A stretch of 64,000 nt of DNA from Octopus bimaculoides (taxonomy: Eukaryota). Under the pieces are notes generated by a model that saw nothing but the letters and a program-made list of their open reading frames with translations, had not been told where the DNA came from and made no database searches. Below are positions 39,002-51,512 of the stretch, one piece after another (within the stretch, counting starts at the first letter, position 1; each line of letters starts with the position of its first letter). Location of the stretch: NCBI RefSeq assembly GCF_001194135.2, contig NC_068989.1:16997776-17061775 (forward strand), written 5' to 3'. The position numbers were made by a program, and so were the translations under genes.

Positions 39002-39171
39002 TATTCTTGCTGAAATTTTCAATCTCACTAATTATGTGGAGGATCTCCAAGAAGAGATTCTGCTTCACCTGTATGTATATACTGTGCAATATGCAAGGGA
39101 TAAAGAATTCTCAACTAAACAGTTGTCTGCTTATTTTTCAATTGTGAAAAATGTTCATGAATTCTGTGTGG
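39002..39171 (+). CDS. CFAP119: CFAP119-like copy B, exon 4 (ILAEIFNLTNYVEDLQEEILLHLYVYTVQYARDKEFSTKQLSAYFSIVKNVHEFCV)
   Basis: ctttag/gtaagt; 170 nt, phase 2-1; CLAMP-family-like helix pattern. Confidence 0.93.
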
Positions 39172-39304
39172 GTAAGTATTTTATTTTATTTTATCTCTTT
39201 ATGTCTTTTAGTCATTTTGGTTTTGATGCTGTTATCAACTATTTCTAGACAGAGATTCTATTGGATATTAATATATAACAAAGTTGGTCAATTATAGTTA
39301 ACGA

Positions 39305-39471
39305 TAGGCGTAGGAATGGCTGTGTGGTAAGTAGCGTGCTTACCAACCACATGGTCCCGGGTTCAGTCCCACTGCGTGGCATCTTGGGCAAGTGTCTTCT
39401 ACTATAGCCTCGGGCCGACCAAGGCGTTGTGAGTGGATTTGGTAGACAGAAACTGAAAGAAGCCCATCGTA

Positions 39472-39552
<81 letters not shown>

Positions 39553-39761
39553 TTGTGTGTCTGTGTTTGTCCCCCCCAACATCGCTTGACAACCGATGCT
39601 GGTGTGTTTATGTCCCCGTAACTTAGCAGTTCGGCAAAAGAGACCGATAGAATAAGTACTAGGCTTCTAAAGAATAAGTCCTGGGTTCGATTTGCTCGAC
39701 TAAAGGCGGTGCTCCAGCATGGCCACAGTCAAAAGACTGAAACAAGTAAAAGAGTAAAGAG
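39305..39761 (+). mobile_element. SINE family B
   Basis: Full length. Confidence 0.9.
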
Positions 39762-39769
39762 ATAGTTTT

Positions 39770-39905
39770 TGTATCAAAGTCATGTTAGGGATGCCACATA
39801 CATAGTTCCAGTACTAGAGAATATATTAGGGACCATCACACACAGTCTCAGTACCACAAGTATATTAGGGGTCACCGGATCCAGTATTACAAATATGTTA
39901 GGGAG
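39770..39905. repeat. Short degenerate ~38 bp tandem repeat, each unit ending TTAGGG
   Basis: Four TTAGGG-ending units with cagta..a.aa.tat.ttaggg. Confidence 0.5.
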
Positions 39906-40239
39906 TAACACACACATGTGCATGTGTGTGCACATGCACACAACACATGCAGAGTCCCTACATTACAGATATGTTTCGGTTTTATCTGACACCATATTAT
40001 ATAATCCATAGTACATAATCTGGCAATTTTACTCTTCACTGTTTTCATGTATAAGCTCTAATATCATGTTGCTACCTTCTGAGTAGATGATCATCATAAA
40101 TCAACTGCATAATAGCTTTGATAATTAGATATTTGCCTGAGGTATTTTCCTACATAGACTACACAGTTATTGAACTCACAATTTGTCAATATGTCTAGGC
40201 AATCTCATTATTTTTTATTTATTTATGTGCCATTTCAAA

Positions 40240-40525
40240 GTCTAGCCAGGTTCATGAGCCCAGATTCCCGGTTTCTATGGTGTATGTGTTCCCCACTAGC
40301 TGGACAGGACGCCAGTCCATTGCAGTGTTACTCAAGAAACAAGAAGAAAGAGTGAGAGAAAGTTGGAGCGAAGGAGTGCAACAGGGGTCGCCACCACGCC
40401 CTGTCAGAGCCTCGTGGAGCTTAGGTGTTTTCACTCAATAAACACTCACAATGCCCAGTCTGGGAATTGAAACCATGATCCTCTGACTGTGAGTCTGCTG
40501 CCCTAACCACTGGGCCATTGTGCAA
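40240..40525 (-). mobile_element. Mosaic SINE: family A head/core with family C tail
   Basis: Head matches 41026; tail gcaatggactggcgtcc...gggctcatgaacctggct matches 60780-60860. Confidence 0.85.
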
Positions 40526-41025
40526 TCTCATTAGTTTAGAATATTATGTATAGACTGTAGGGCAGTATCAAAATCAGTTGCCTGCAGCAGTATTAGTTAA
40601 CATAACAATAGGATGCTTATTTGTACAGTATTGGACTATGTGTACACAATACAGGACACTATATCAACATAGTACAGAATACTGTATGTCCCATATTAGA
40701 TGGCTTATAACCCACACTTAAAGAAATTGTTTCAGAGAGTCAACTTGCAATCTATAAACATTAGGTCATGGTTTGGATTTCTGGTAAGTGGTGGTTCAGG
40801 TGCTGCATTTCTCCTTAAAATGAACTGCAAACATCTTTTTACAAAACTGTTTCCTAGAATTGTTACTAGTTTTTTTTTTACAAGGTAACAACGTGTAGCA
40901 ATAGCATATCGTGTGAATGACATCTGTCAGATGGAAAATTATGCCACAATGCTTGACCATGTATATTAACATAGTAATCAGTTGTATACTAAACACCATG
41001 TCTTATGTTTGTTATACTGTGTTGC

Positions 41026-41411
41026 TGTGGAGGCGCAATGGCCCAGTGGTTAGGGCAGCGGACTCGCAGTCATAGGGTCGCTGTTTCGATTCCCAGACCG
41101 GTCGTTGTGAGTGTTTATTGAGTGAAAACACCTAAAGCTCCACGAGACTCGGACAGGGGATGGTGGCGAACCCTGCTGTACTCTTCCACCACAACTTTCT
41201 CTCACTCTTACTTCCTGTTTCTGTTGTGCCTGTAATTCAAAGGGTCAGCCTTGTCACACTGTGTCACACTGAATATCCCCGAGAACTACGTTAAGGGCAC
41301 ACGTGTCTGTGGAGTGCTCAGCCACTTGTACGTTAATTTCACGAGCAGGCTGTTCCGTTGATTGGATCAAGTGGAACCCTCGACGTTGTAAGCAACGGAG
41401 TGCCAACAACA
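41026..41411 (+). mobile_element. SINE family A
   Basis: Full length, TSD actgtgttgc. Confidence 0.92.
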
Positions 41412-41479
41412 ACTGTGTTGCATTAGTTTGAAACCAACAACTATTGAGGTTAAGTACCTTAATAAAAATTAAATTTTCA

Positions 41480-41790
41480 GTGTGATGGACTCTCCGGTCA
41501 AAGACAACGCATGAGTGTTCAGTGTTTACTGAACAACCTGCACAAATGATTTGCTTATAGTGATTAAATGTATTTGATTTGCTGTACATAAGCTCATTCC
41601 CTCTATCAAATACCCATTGCCTGTACAGGTACATAAGTGTGTCACATGTCAGGTGTTGAAATGATTGCAGAGCAATGTGAAATGAAGTGTTTTAGTTTAA
41701 GGGCAGAATGCACCACTCAGTCCAGGAATTGAAACTGTGATCTAGCAATTGTGATTGCAACACCCAAACCATTAGGCTATGCACCTTCAG
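41480..41790 (-). mobile_element. Old tRNA-headed SINE with family C-like head and a different tail
   Basis: gcatagcctaatggtt...gtttcaattcctggac...aaaacacttcatttc. Confidence 0.65.
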
Positions 41791-42650
41791 TATAATGTTT
41801 ATTTAATTGATACAAACAATCAGTTTTTGGTTGAATAGTCATTCTAATTTGATGATATAAGACACATAATCTAGTATAATATGATATAATGTAATGTTAT
41901 ATAATGTTGGTTAACAATTTAAAATGGTGATATTGATATAAAATTAAAGTAACTTTATATTTAAAATTTTACTTTTACTTGTAATTAGAGTACTTTTGAG
42001 ACAAAAATTCCAGCTATCAATAAATGAAAGATAACTATCATTAAATAAATGTTTTCATGAAATCAATCTAGATTAATGATTGTTTCAGAATTTAATTGAC
42101 TTACACATATTGGTATATTTCAATAAAAAATATATTAGCAAAGGTGTTAAGCATTTTTTTTCTTTTGAAATAGGATTTCCTAATGATGTGAGTTTTAAAA
42201 TAAGTTGATTGTGGGGAATGGTTACAAATGTCAGGTGAAAACAGGATTTTAAAATTTCTTCAAAGGTGAGATCAGCCTATCTGGTCTAGGTCTAATTTAG
42301 AAAAAAAAACAACCCCCAACACTTAATATTTATATTTTAAGTCAAACAATACAATTTTTCTAACCACGTTTATTTGGTCGACATAAAACAAAACTGCCAA
42401 CATTTAACATTTAAACTAAGTATAATTTCACTAATAACATTTAGTGAAACACATCCAGCATGTAAAGTCTAATCTAAACAATACAATTTAACCAAAAATG
42501 CTTATTTTATATAATTTAAACTAGAACAACCAATTATTAAATTTTGAGTTAAACAATACAATGTCATTTACTATTTAATTTCATAGCAACAAATCATTTT
42601 AATATGTTAAGACATTGCACTTCATCCAAAATCTATTTTATCCTTTTCAG

Positions 42651-42721
42651 AAAACACCTTTGTTAGAATTGATAAAACGTTTGACTATTTTGAGGAAGTC
42701 CTCATCCGTCATTGTTTCCTG
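42651..42721 (+). CDS. CFAP119: CFAP119-like copy B, exon 5 (NTFVRIDKTFDYFEEVLIRHCFL)
   Basis: ttttcag/gtaagt; 71 nt, homologous to 403-473. Confidence 0.9.
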
Positions 42722-42729
42722 GTAAGTTA

Positions 42730-43290
42730 AGCTCTCACTAATATATGTCATACTATAACATTACCTCTAATACAAATCATACAGTCTATGACACTTCTCA
42801 ATTATGTCACTTTGTCTACGACACTCTTCATGACATAAATACTTCTAACACACTCTTTAACATATGTTACATTATTTTTTAAGTTAAACTTCTTCTAATG
42901 TCTGTTATATTGTCTATGATACACTCTCTACTATATGTCACAGTGTCTGGTTAGTTACACTCTCCATACTGTATGCCACACTGCCGATATCAGTTGCACA
43001 TTGTTTATGACATGCCCCCAGTATATGTCACAGTATACGTGGAAAATAATATATTTTGCATTATCTGTGACTTCTCTTATACAAGGCCCACTCTCTATGA
43101 AATTTCCTCTAGTACATGTCATGCTGTGTATGTCACAGTGTATATATGTTACACTCCCTCAAATACAAATCATACTGTTCATGATACCTCTTGTAATATA
43201 TCTCATTCTGTCTTTGACACTAATTCATCCTAATGTATGTTACAGTTCTGTGTATATTACATTCCCGTCAGTATTTGTCACAGTGTGTAC
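42730..43290. repeat. Degenerate minisatellite in copy B intron 5, homologous to 480-1100
   Basis: Same tctatgacac...tatatgtcacagtgt units at the same position after the exon 5 donor. Confidence 0.55.
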
Positions 43291-43379
43291 TTTGATGTAG
43301 TTGTGTGTGATTAAAATCAAAATGATAAAATATCATTAGAAAACAGCAAAAAAGTGAACATTAAAAATAGCTGTTAAAA

Positions 43380-43990
43380 CTTGTTGCTGGTTTAAAACCT
43401 GTTGTTTAACCATTAAATCTAAGTGCTTTCAGGTTTATAACCCTTCATCAGGCTTATCCTTGTTCTGCTCGGTACTTTGTGACTGGATATATAGCATTAT
43501 GAGTCTTTACTCTTCTGGGATATTAATTATGTAGTTCCACATTTCCATTGTCAGTTAAAGTTTAGACAGTATCACGTGACAACTTGCTGGGGCTGCCTAC
43601 TGGACCCTAGCAGCAGGAAATTTAGACAGTGTCATGTGACAACTTGCTGGGGCAGCCCACTGGGGCAGCCTACTGGAGCCTAGCAGCAGGTATTTAAAGG
43701 GAAATTTGACAAGACAGTCAGTCGGACGCTGACACTCATTGATGCTGCATCAAAGAGGCCAGGGAATAGAAGAAAGAAGACATGCACACAACACCAGAGC
43801 TGAAGACACCTCCGAAAGGGGGGGGGGCCCGCCACGTCAATATGGGAGAGGAGTAGGGGCCGAAACCGGATGTGGTTTCTCCTGATGATGTCTTGAGCTA
43901 ACTGGATCCTATAAAGGAGCTGTTGTGGTAGCAGACCACGAAACATGGTTGAAATTCCTGCTGTTCAAGGCAGTGTTCTGCTTTTTAATG
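43380..43990. mobile_element. Probable Penelope-type terminal repeat remnant with hammerhead-like cores
   Basis: ctgatga-agg..cct-gaaa on the minus strand (~43425-43452); ctgaaga...ccgaaaccgg and ctgatga...cgaaacatgg on the plus strand; ~55 bp direct repeat at 43562-43690. Confidence 0.4.
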
Positions 43991-44197
43991 AAATGTGACT
44001 CTGCAAAGTTTACAGCACTTGTGAGTTTGCCTAACTGTTGTGTGTCTTAGGTTTTTGGAATAAGAACATTGTATTCTTGCATATGGTAAGAGGTGACTAA
44101 ATGAGGTGGGCATCAGGAAAGGCATCTGGTGTTAAAACTGTTTCAAAAAGTCCTGTCCAACCAATGTCAATGTGGAAGTGTGATCAGAAGTGAACTA

Positions 44198-44595
44198 TAG
44201 GTGCAGGAGTGGCTGTGTGGTAAGCGGCTTGCTTACCAACCACATGGTTCCAGGTTCAGTCCCACTGAGTGGCACCTTGGGCAAGTGTCTTCTACTATAG
44301 CCTTGGGTCGACCAAAGCCTTGTGAGTGGATTTGGTAGACGGAAACTGAAAGAAGCCCGTCATATATATATGTGTGTGTGTGTGTGTGTATATGATTGTG
44401 TGTCTGTGTTTGTCTCCCCAACATCGTTTGACAACCGATGCTGGTGTGTTTATGTCCCCGTAACTTAGCGGTTTGGCAAAAGAGACTGATAGAATAAGTA
44501 CTAGGCTTACAAAGAATAAGTCCTGGAGTCAATTTTCTCAACTAAAGGTGGTGCTACAGCAAATGACTGAAACAAGTAAAAGAATAAAAGAATAA
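44198..44595 (+). mobile_element. SINE family B
   Basis: Full length. Confidence 0.9.
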
Positions 44596-44779
44596 AATGA
44601 TGATAGTGATGATGATGATGTGTCCAATTAACACCTGCATTTGTATATGTTTTTACTATGTTACTCTGTACTAACTTCTATAATGTTTATATATTCTGAT
44701 ATGTAATTGCTGCTTTGCTGATCTATTTTATGTATGTCTCTATATATTGGAATATTAAATAATAATTGACTTTTTCTTT

Positions 44780-46352
44780 TAACATATTAATTAGATATTG
44801 CCCGGATTATTCATTCTCTGATTTGATTAAAAATCAACTAAAATGGCATGTTTCTTGTGTTTTGTCCTGATTTGATGACAAGTGTTGTATCTGAGTCAAA
44901 CTGTGCTTTGTTATTCTGTCAGGAAAATTAGTCTTCATTAGACAAGTTAAATCAATTGATCTTCCATTTGTTCACTTAATATCGTTGGCTGAAATAATCC
45001 TAGTTTTCTTTGTATCCCTCTTCATTTTCTTTCTACAATTATCTTTGCTATTTGTGTTTTTCTTGAGATGAACACACATTTCACAAAACATGGCTTGTAG
45101 TCTTTGGCAGACAAAATCTCTCTAAAGATTTTCGATACTGATCTTGCTTGAGTGATTGTGTCAACTCTGTTCAGACAGTAGACAAGTTCTTTCATCCTTA
45201 CATGGTATTTCAGACTTTGTGAACATTTAGAATTTGATACCCCTCTTGCAGAACTAAAGATTGGTTTACTCTGACCTGGTGAAGTCGAATAGGCTGTTGC
45301 ATAAATTTGAAGATGTTGTTGAAAGGATTAAATGTCTTGTGAACTTTCATAATCACATCTCAATACTTGGTCATCAAAAATGTGCTGCCTATGTTTTTTC
45401 AGTGCAGTGTGAGGAACCATCTGTTGTTGCAATGCTGCATGTTCCATATTATTCAGTGCTAGGTATCTAAGATCTCATTGAATTTGTATCCAATTGGAAG
45501 ACTACTGGATTGTTAGCAGATGTAAAGAACATATTAGCAGCGCAGAACTCCAAAATGGAGATGTGGCTTGTTGAGGGAAGTCTATTGCAAGTGTGTGTTC
45601 TCTTTCTAGCTGTGGCTGGACAATTTTATATCTTCTGTTGGTGATATTCTAGTTTACATGGAATTAATGCCTCTTGTGTGGAGGCACAACGGCCCAGTGG
45701 TTAGGGCAGCGGACTCGCAGTCAAAGGATCGCGGTTTCGATTCCCAGACGGGTGTTGTGTGTGTTTATTGAGCGAAAACACCTAAAGCTCAGCGAGGCTG
45801 CAGCAGGGGATGGTGGCGAACCCTGCTGTACTCTTTCACCACAACTTTCTCTCACTCTTTCTTCCTGCTTCTGTTGTACCTGTATTTCAAAGGGTCAGCC
45901 TTGTCACACTGTGTCACGCCGAATATCCCCGAGAACTACGTTAAGGGTACACGTGTCTGTGGAGTGCTCAGCCACTTGCACGTTAATTTCACGAGCAGGC
46001 TGTTCTGTTGATCGGATCAACTGGAACCCTTGACGTCATAAGCGATGGAGTGACACTCTAATGCCTCTTGTGGAGAACAATCAGTTGTCAACACTTTCCA
46101 GAGGTACTGTTATGATTTTAAAGAGAGTTTTGAGTAGCCATGTAAGGAACCACTCTGATTTTCAGCGTGAGGATTTGTAGCATGTGATGATCAGGTGTAT
46201 TTTGAGTCATCCTACATAAGGAGGGATTTTTTTTTTGTGGTGGGGAAGAAGGAGGGGTTATACGCTATAAAATCTTAAGATGGATGAAGAATATACCTGG
46301 AAGCTTTTTGATTATTCTGGTTCCTCACAATGTTGGTAAGTGTATGTATGTG

Positions 46353-46390
<38 letters not shown>

Positions 46391-46412
46391 CATTCACATA
46401 CATTTATATAAG

Positions 46413-46452
<40 letters not shown>

Positions 46453-46745
46453 TATACATATATATATTTCGTTTTTGCATTTGGCTTGCAAGATTCTTTA
46501 TGTGAATTTGTGTTGAGGCATATTTCACAAAACAACTATTGAAGAGGTTGCAAGAAGCAATGAAAAGTTTAGCCAAAATAAATATAGATGAGTGAATGGA
46601 AATCGAACTGGTGAGTGTGTTAATTAATAAGGCATTAAAACAGAATGACTCTTCCCAGACACAATAACAAATATATATATATATATGTATATACACACGC
46701 ACACACGCACACACANNNNNNNNNNNNNNNNNNNNNNNNNNNNNN

Positions 46746-46820
<75 letters not shown>

Positions 46821-47300
46821 ATGTTTTTATTCTTTCATAATTGGTTAATGGGTTCCTTGGTTAACTGGTTGTTGGGTTGCTTATATATCAACTATGCAGC
46901 TTTCAGGATGTTTTAGCAAAATTAGCCCTTACCTGACATTGCTATCATATAAGAAAAGGTATCGACTTCTCATCCATGATGTTATGTCCACGGCATATTA
47001 AAGGCCATTATCAAGATGGTGATCCTATATTCTGGTACCTGTAAAATATTATGAATATTGGTCCTTTATGGAACACTGTAAATTCCTTTTCAATGAGTGT
47101 TCCAATTATGTCCATAACTTCTTGGATGTATTTTATAATGATGGTTATCAAATACCATTTTGTTGCTTGTATTTGCATTATTATTTCCATTTGTGCAAGT
47201 TGCATTGTGTATAGTGTATGACCTATAGGAAAGTGTTTGAACTTGTCGGATCTTATCTGGTGGTTGCTTGCTACTTAGCTATCAGAGTATATTAGATGTA
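44780..47300 (-). mobile_element. Highly decayed retroelement-like sequence (possibly Penelope RT), interrupted by a SINE and microsatellites
   Basis: Weak motifs only (EFTVFHKG...IGSPS; KNLS); many stops. Confidence 0.25.
45677..46058 (+). mobile_element. SINE family A
   Basis: Full length, TSD taatgcctcttgtg. Confidence 0.92.
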
Positions 47301-47602
47301 GATTAGCTGGGTGTTGGAAAATAGGTAATTTGGCAATTTTTCTGCTGATGTATATGTTTTACTATTTGTGAGTGTCCTCTAATATATCATTTACACATAA
47401 TATATAAATCACATTTAACACTTTCTTTCTGAGACATATCACAGTCATTGGATAAATTGATTGGATTACATAACCATTGGTACACCCTATCTGTATAACA
47501 AACAGGATGACTGCAATCTCATCCCATTTGAGCACAAACTGGATCAGGTTTTACTAAAGAGCAATAACTGACTGCTGCTTATTTATTGGTTTGTATTTCT
47601 AG

Positions 47603-47719
47603 CGTCCGCCATATAACATGGAACTGTTTTCAATATCAGAAGCAAGAAAGATAGCCTATCACCTGGTTGACACATATTTTAGACACTTTAAACTCTACAA
47701 GTATGCATTCACTCCTCAG
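47603..47719 (+). CDS. CFAP119: CFAP119-like copy B, exon 6 (RPPYNMELFS...[16 protein letters not shown])
   Basis: ttctag/gtaagt; 117 nt; 26/39 aa identical to copy A. Confidence 0.95.
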
Positions 47720-47795
47720 GTAAGTCTATCCCATTACCTCTAAAAGCTGTTCTCTTCTAAATCACTCTTATTTGTTCCCTACTATGGCAAGATAT

Positions 47796-48181
47796 AGTGG
47801 AGGCACAATGGCCCAGTGGTTAGGGCAGCGGACTCGCGGTCATAGGATCGCAGTTTCAATTCCCACACCGGGCGTTGTGAGTGTTTATTGAGTGAAAACA
47901 CCTAAAGCTCCACGAGGCTCCGGCAGGGGATGGTGGTGAACCCTGCTGTACTCTTCCACCTCAACTTTCTCTCACTCTTACTTCCTGTTTCTGTTGTGCC
48001 TGTAATTCAAAGGGTCAGCCTTGTCACACTGTGTCACGCTGAATATCCCCGAGAACTATGTTAAGGGTACACGTGTCTGTGGAGTGCTCAGCCACTTGTA
48101 CGTTAATTTCATGAGCAGGCTGTTCCGTTGATCGGATCAACTGGAACCCTTGACATCGTAAGCGACGGCGTGCCAACGACG
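47796..48181 (+). mobile_element. SINE family A
   Basis: Full length, TSD atggcaagatat. Confidence 0.92.
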
Positions 48182-48513
48182 ATGGCAAGATATGAAGAGA
48201 TATGTCTATTTGGCCTACTATATACTTCAGGCTAGAGATTCTAATTTTATCTTGGAAGTGAATCGAATGTGCAGTATCAATAAGCTGCAACTCCAGCTAA
48301 AACATGTATCTACTACTCTTGTGTTCACTTCTGGGGTGATATTGTTTTGTCTAGCTCTGAAATAATTGGGCCGTTTTTTTTTTTTTTAACACTATACATC
48401 TTTAAAAGGATTTTCCTGGACAATAAATTTCAGCTCATAGCATTTAAGCAACACATGTCCCTTAAGTATATGGTATTTGCAATATTTACACTATGAAGCT
48501 GTTACTATTACAT

Positions 48514-48600
48514 AACACACACACACACACACACACGTGTGCGCATGCACCCACACAGTACACACATGCTCGTGTGCACACTCACTCACTCACACACACA

Positions 48601-48692
<92 letters not shown>

Positions 48693-48740
48693 AACACACA
48701 CACACACACACGCATACGCGCACACACACAGACACACACA
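48514..48740. repeat. (CA)n-rich microsatellite
   Basis: Direct reading. Confidence 0.95.
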
Positions 48741-48789
48741 GAGAGGGTATTTGAGCTAAATTTGATGACTTATGTCTCTTTGTTTCAGG

Positions 48790-49631
48790 AATAGCTTGAG
48801 ATATTGGTAACTAGTCAATGGTGTTGGAGAGCATAAAGATTAAAATTGTAGTTGAGAAAAAGTTACCTGACATGGAGGCCTGGAATCCATCTGAATATTG
48901 GAAAATGTGTCATGATAATTTGCGCAGGATACCATGACTGCTGTTCAATGTTCTGTGAACACTGTAAAGGTTGTAAGATGTGACATGGACAGCTGCAACA
49001 GAGACTACAAAGCTATGGTCAGCAAGAAGGGACAAAGCTGATGTTCTTACTTTGTCTATGTGTTGGAACTCATCTAATAACTGATGAACAGTGCCTTAGG
49101 CTCAATTCAGATGGCTATGCAAAGCTGCTAGAGACTGTGGTCAGACCCTGGTTGGAGGGGGTTGCTCCTGGAAGGCATACCTATAGAAGCAGGATTCACC
49201 ACCTTGCCATAACTCTGGAAAGAGTCAGAAGTGGTTGTCAGAGAATTTCTATAACCTCTTCTGCCCTAATTTCTGGCCTCCTAATTCCTCCATATAATCC
49301 ATCATATGGATTATGATACCCTTGATTACTATGTGTGGGGTACAGTTGAGAAAGATATCAACCACTGTGACTGCAACAGCAAGGCTCAGATCAAGGACAT
49401 GTTTCGAAGACCTTCTCAGAGACACAGTGAGGAATGCATGTGCAAGATTCCAGATCTGTCTTGAGGCTGTGATGGAAGCAGAGGGCAGTTATTTTGAGTA
49501 AACTGTTATCTCCCAGCCATAATCTATCCGATATCTTTTGATTTTTTAGAATACTTCTATATTTGGATGGGATATTGTGTTTTGCTTTCCTTCTATGCAA
49601 ACTGTCAAATTTAGCCTGTACACCCTGTGTG
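48790..49631 (+). mobile_element. DD37D (maT-like) mariner relic, internally deleted
   Basis: QD..PCHNSGKSQKWLSENF...WPPNS..LDYYVWG, LEAVMEAEGSYFE*; right end reads acagggtg on the minus strand. Confidence 0.8.
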
Positions 49632-49758
49632 AGCATATATATATATATATATATATGTGTATATATATGCAGATATCTATATTTATGATTTATGTGTATG
49701 TTTCCATAGCACAGATGTTAATTTATGAATATTTTATTGATCACTTTATCAATATTAG

Positions 49759-49816
49759 GTGATGCTGGATTTAGTTTTGAGCTATGTTGGAGAGTCTGAT
49801 TCTGCTGTAACCCAAG
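49759..49816 (+). CDS. CFAP119: CFAP119-like copy B, exon 7 (VMLDLVLSYVGESDSAVTQ)
   Basis: attag/gtaaat; 58 nt, phase 0-1. Confidence 0.9.
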
Positions 49817-50379
49817 GTAAATGGCAATTGCTTATGTTTTCTCTGTAGTGATATGTGATGCCTGATTCTACAAATTTATACATCAATAGCAATTATACCT
49901 TTATAATGCTTTGTAGTTAACTATGAAATGTTGATATGCATAAATAGTATTTCTCAGACTGAAGCCTCAGAACTCACCTCAGCTCAAGATATAGTGGTTT
50001 ATGTCATTTTATAAACACTATTTATTTAGTTTTTGTTGATGTAAACTATCATTGGTTTCCTCTATGAAATGATAAGCCTTCATGAAATATATCAGAGTTG
50101 TGTATTTAAGAATGATCAATGTGTTGGTTCCTCCTTTATGGCTTAATCAGTGGAAGGATGGCACAAATGACCAGCTGTAGAGCCTCTAAGACTGGTAGGA
50201 AGTGTAAGAAGAAATAATAACTCATGGTTTGCTATACTAGTATGCCTTAACTCAGCAACGCAACTCTTGTAAATCTAGTTAACTGGAGAGCAAAAGATAT
50301 CATTTTGTATACCATAACTCTAAAGTATTCTCACCTTTCAAACTGCAGTCAATTATTTTGGTCCTTGCTAAAGGATTCT

Positions 50380-50975
50380 TCTCCAACTTTGTGGAGTTCT
50401 CTTTCCTTCCTCTTCTAAACAATGATGTCTTTGCAATCAGTACTATTATGGAGAAAGTCTCCACTTTTATGCTTGCTTTCCATCTAACTCCACACTAAAT
50501 GCCTTAGCCATTCTTCTCCAGACCTACTATACCTCCAGATGCTTGAAGCAAACAAGGCCACTTACCCGGACAACTTATCTTTCATTTACACTTAAGTGTC
50601 GCAGCCCAAAACTTGCCTCTTATAGTCCCCAAACTCTACAATACAATCTCTCACTCTGTACGAAGATATACTCTGACATTTGAAGCACAACTCAGCGTGT
50701 CCCATTTTAAAGAAAAGCAACCCCTTTGATCCAGCCGACTGTCATCCTATTATTTCTATCTCTAACATCTCTTAGGCAACAGAGACTGCCATTAATTTCG
50801 ATGTTCTCCAACACATTGAATATCTTTCTATCCTCAGTGACCGCCAGTTTAGTTCCCACAGACCCAGACTTAATGGTGACCCACTTTCTTATGTCACATA
50901 TCAGTGATTTCTCGGTTTAAAGAAGTTTAGAAAAAGCAATGCTGTCGTCCTAGACATCAGTAATGCAAACACTCA
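50380..50975 (+). mobile_element. CR1/Jockey-group LINE RT fragment
   Basis: PILKKSNPFDPADCHPIIS...LSDRQF...VVLDISNA. Confidence 0.7.
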
Positions 50976-51099
50976 TAAATAAGTAAAACTAAATCGAGGT
51001 GTAGTTTAAATAATATTTTGTTTGTAAGGTGTTTACTTATAGTAAATAGTTGTGAATCAGATGTAAAATGGTTATCTTTCTGAAACATTGTTTTGGAAA

Positions 51100-51468
51100 A
51101 TTCTTCAAGACCTGTGCCCAGCGACGCCTTTCTGGCACTTGTGCCCGCGGCATGTGTAAGGACTTTCGGGTGAGATTGTTGCCAGTGCCCCTGGACTGGC
51201 TCTTGTGCAGGTGGCACATAAAATACACCATTTTGAGCATGGCCGTTGCCAGTACCGCCTGACTGGCCTTCGTGCCGGTGGCATGTAAAAGCACCGACTA
51301 CACTCTCGGAGTGGTTGGCGTTAGGAAGGGCATCCAGCTGTAGAAACTCTGCCAAATCAGACTGGAGCCTGGTGTAGCCATCTGGTTTTACCAGTCCTCA
51401 GTCAAACCGTCCAACCCATGCTAGCATGGAAAGCGGACGTTAAACGACGACGATGATGATGATGATGA
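51100..51468 (+). mobile_element. RTE-tail repeat with (GAT)n tail
   Basis: Ends atgctagcatggaaagcggacgttaaacgacgacgatgat. Confidence 0.8.
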
Positions 51469-51512
51469 TACCTTCTCTTTTTCATTTTTAAAATTTCAAA
51501 TTTAAGCCACAG

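Noticed and set aside
41026-41110. tRNA-like sequences with A and B boxes
   Set aside because: They are SINE heads followed by a body, tail and TSD; no complete cloverleaf.
43562-43690. Direct repeats resembling a CRISPR-like array
   Set aside because: Only two units, no unique spacers, eukaryotic context; no CRISPR, rRNA or prokaryotic operon is present in the window.
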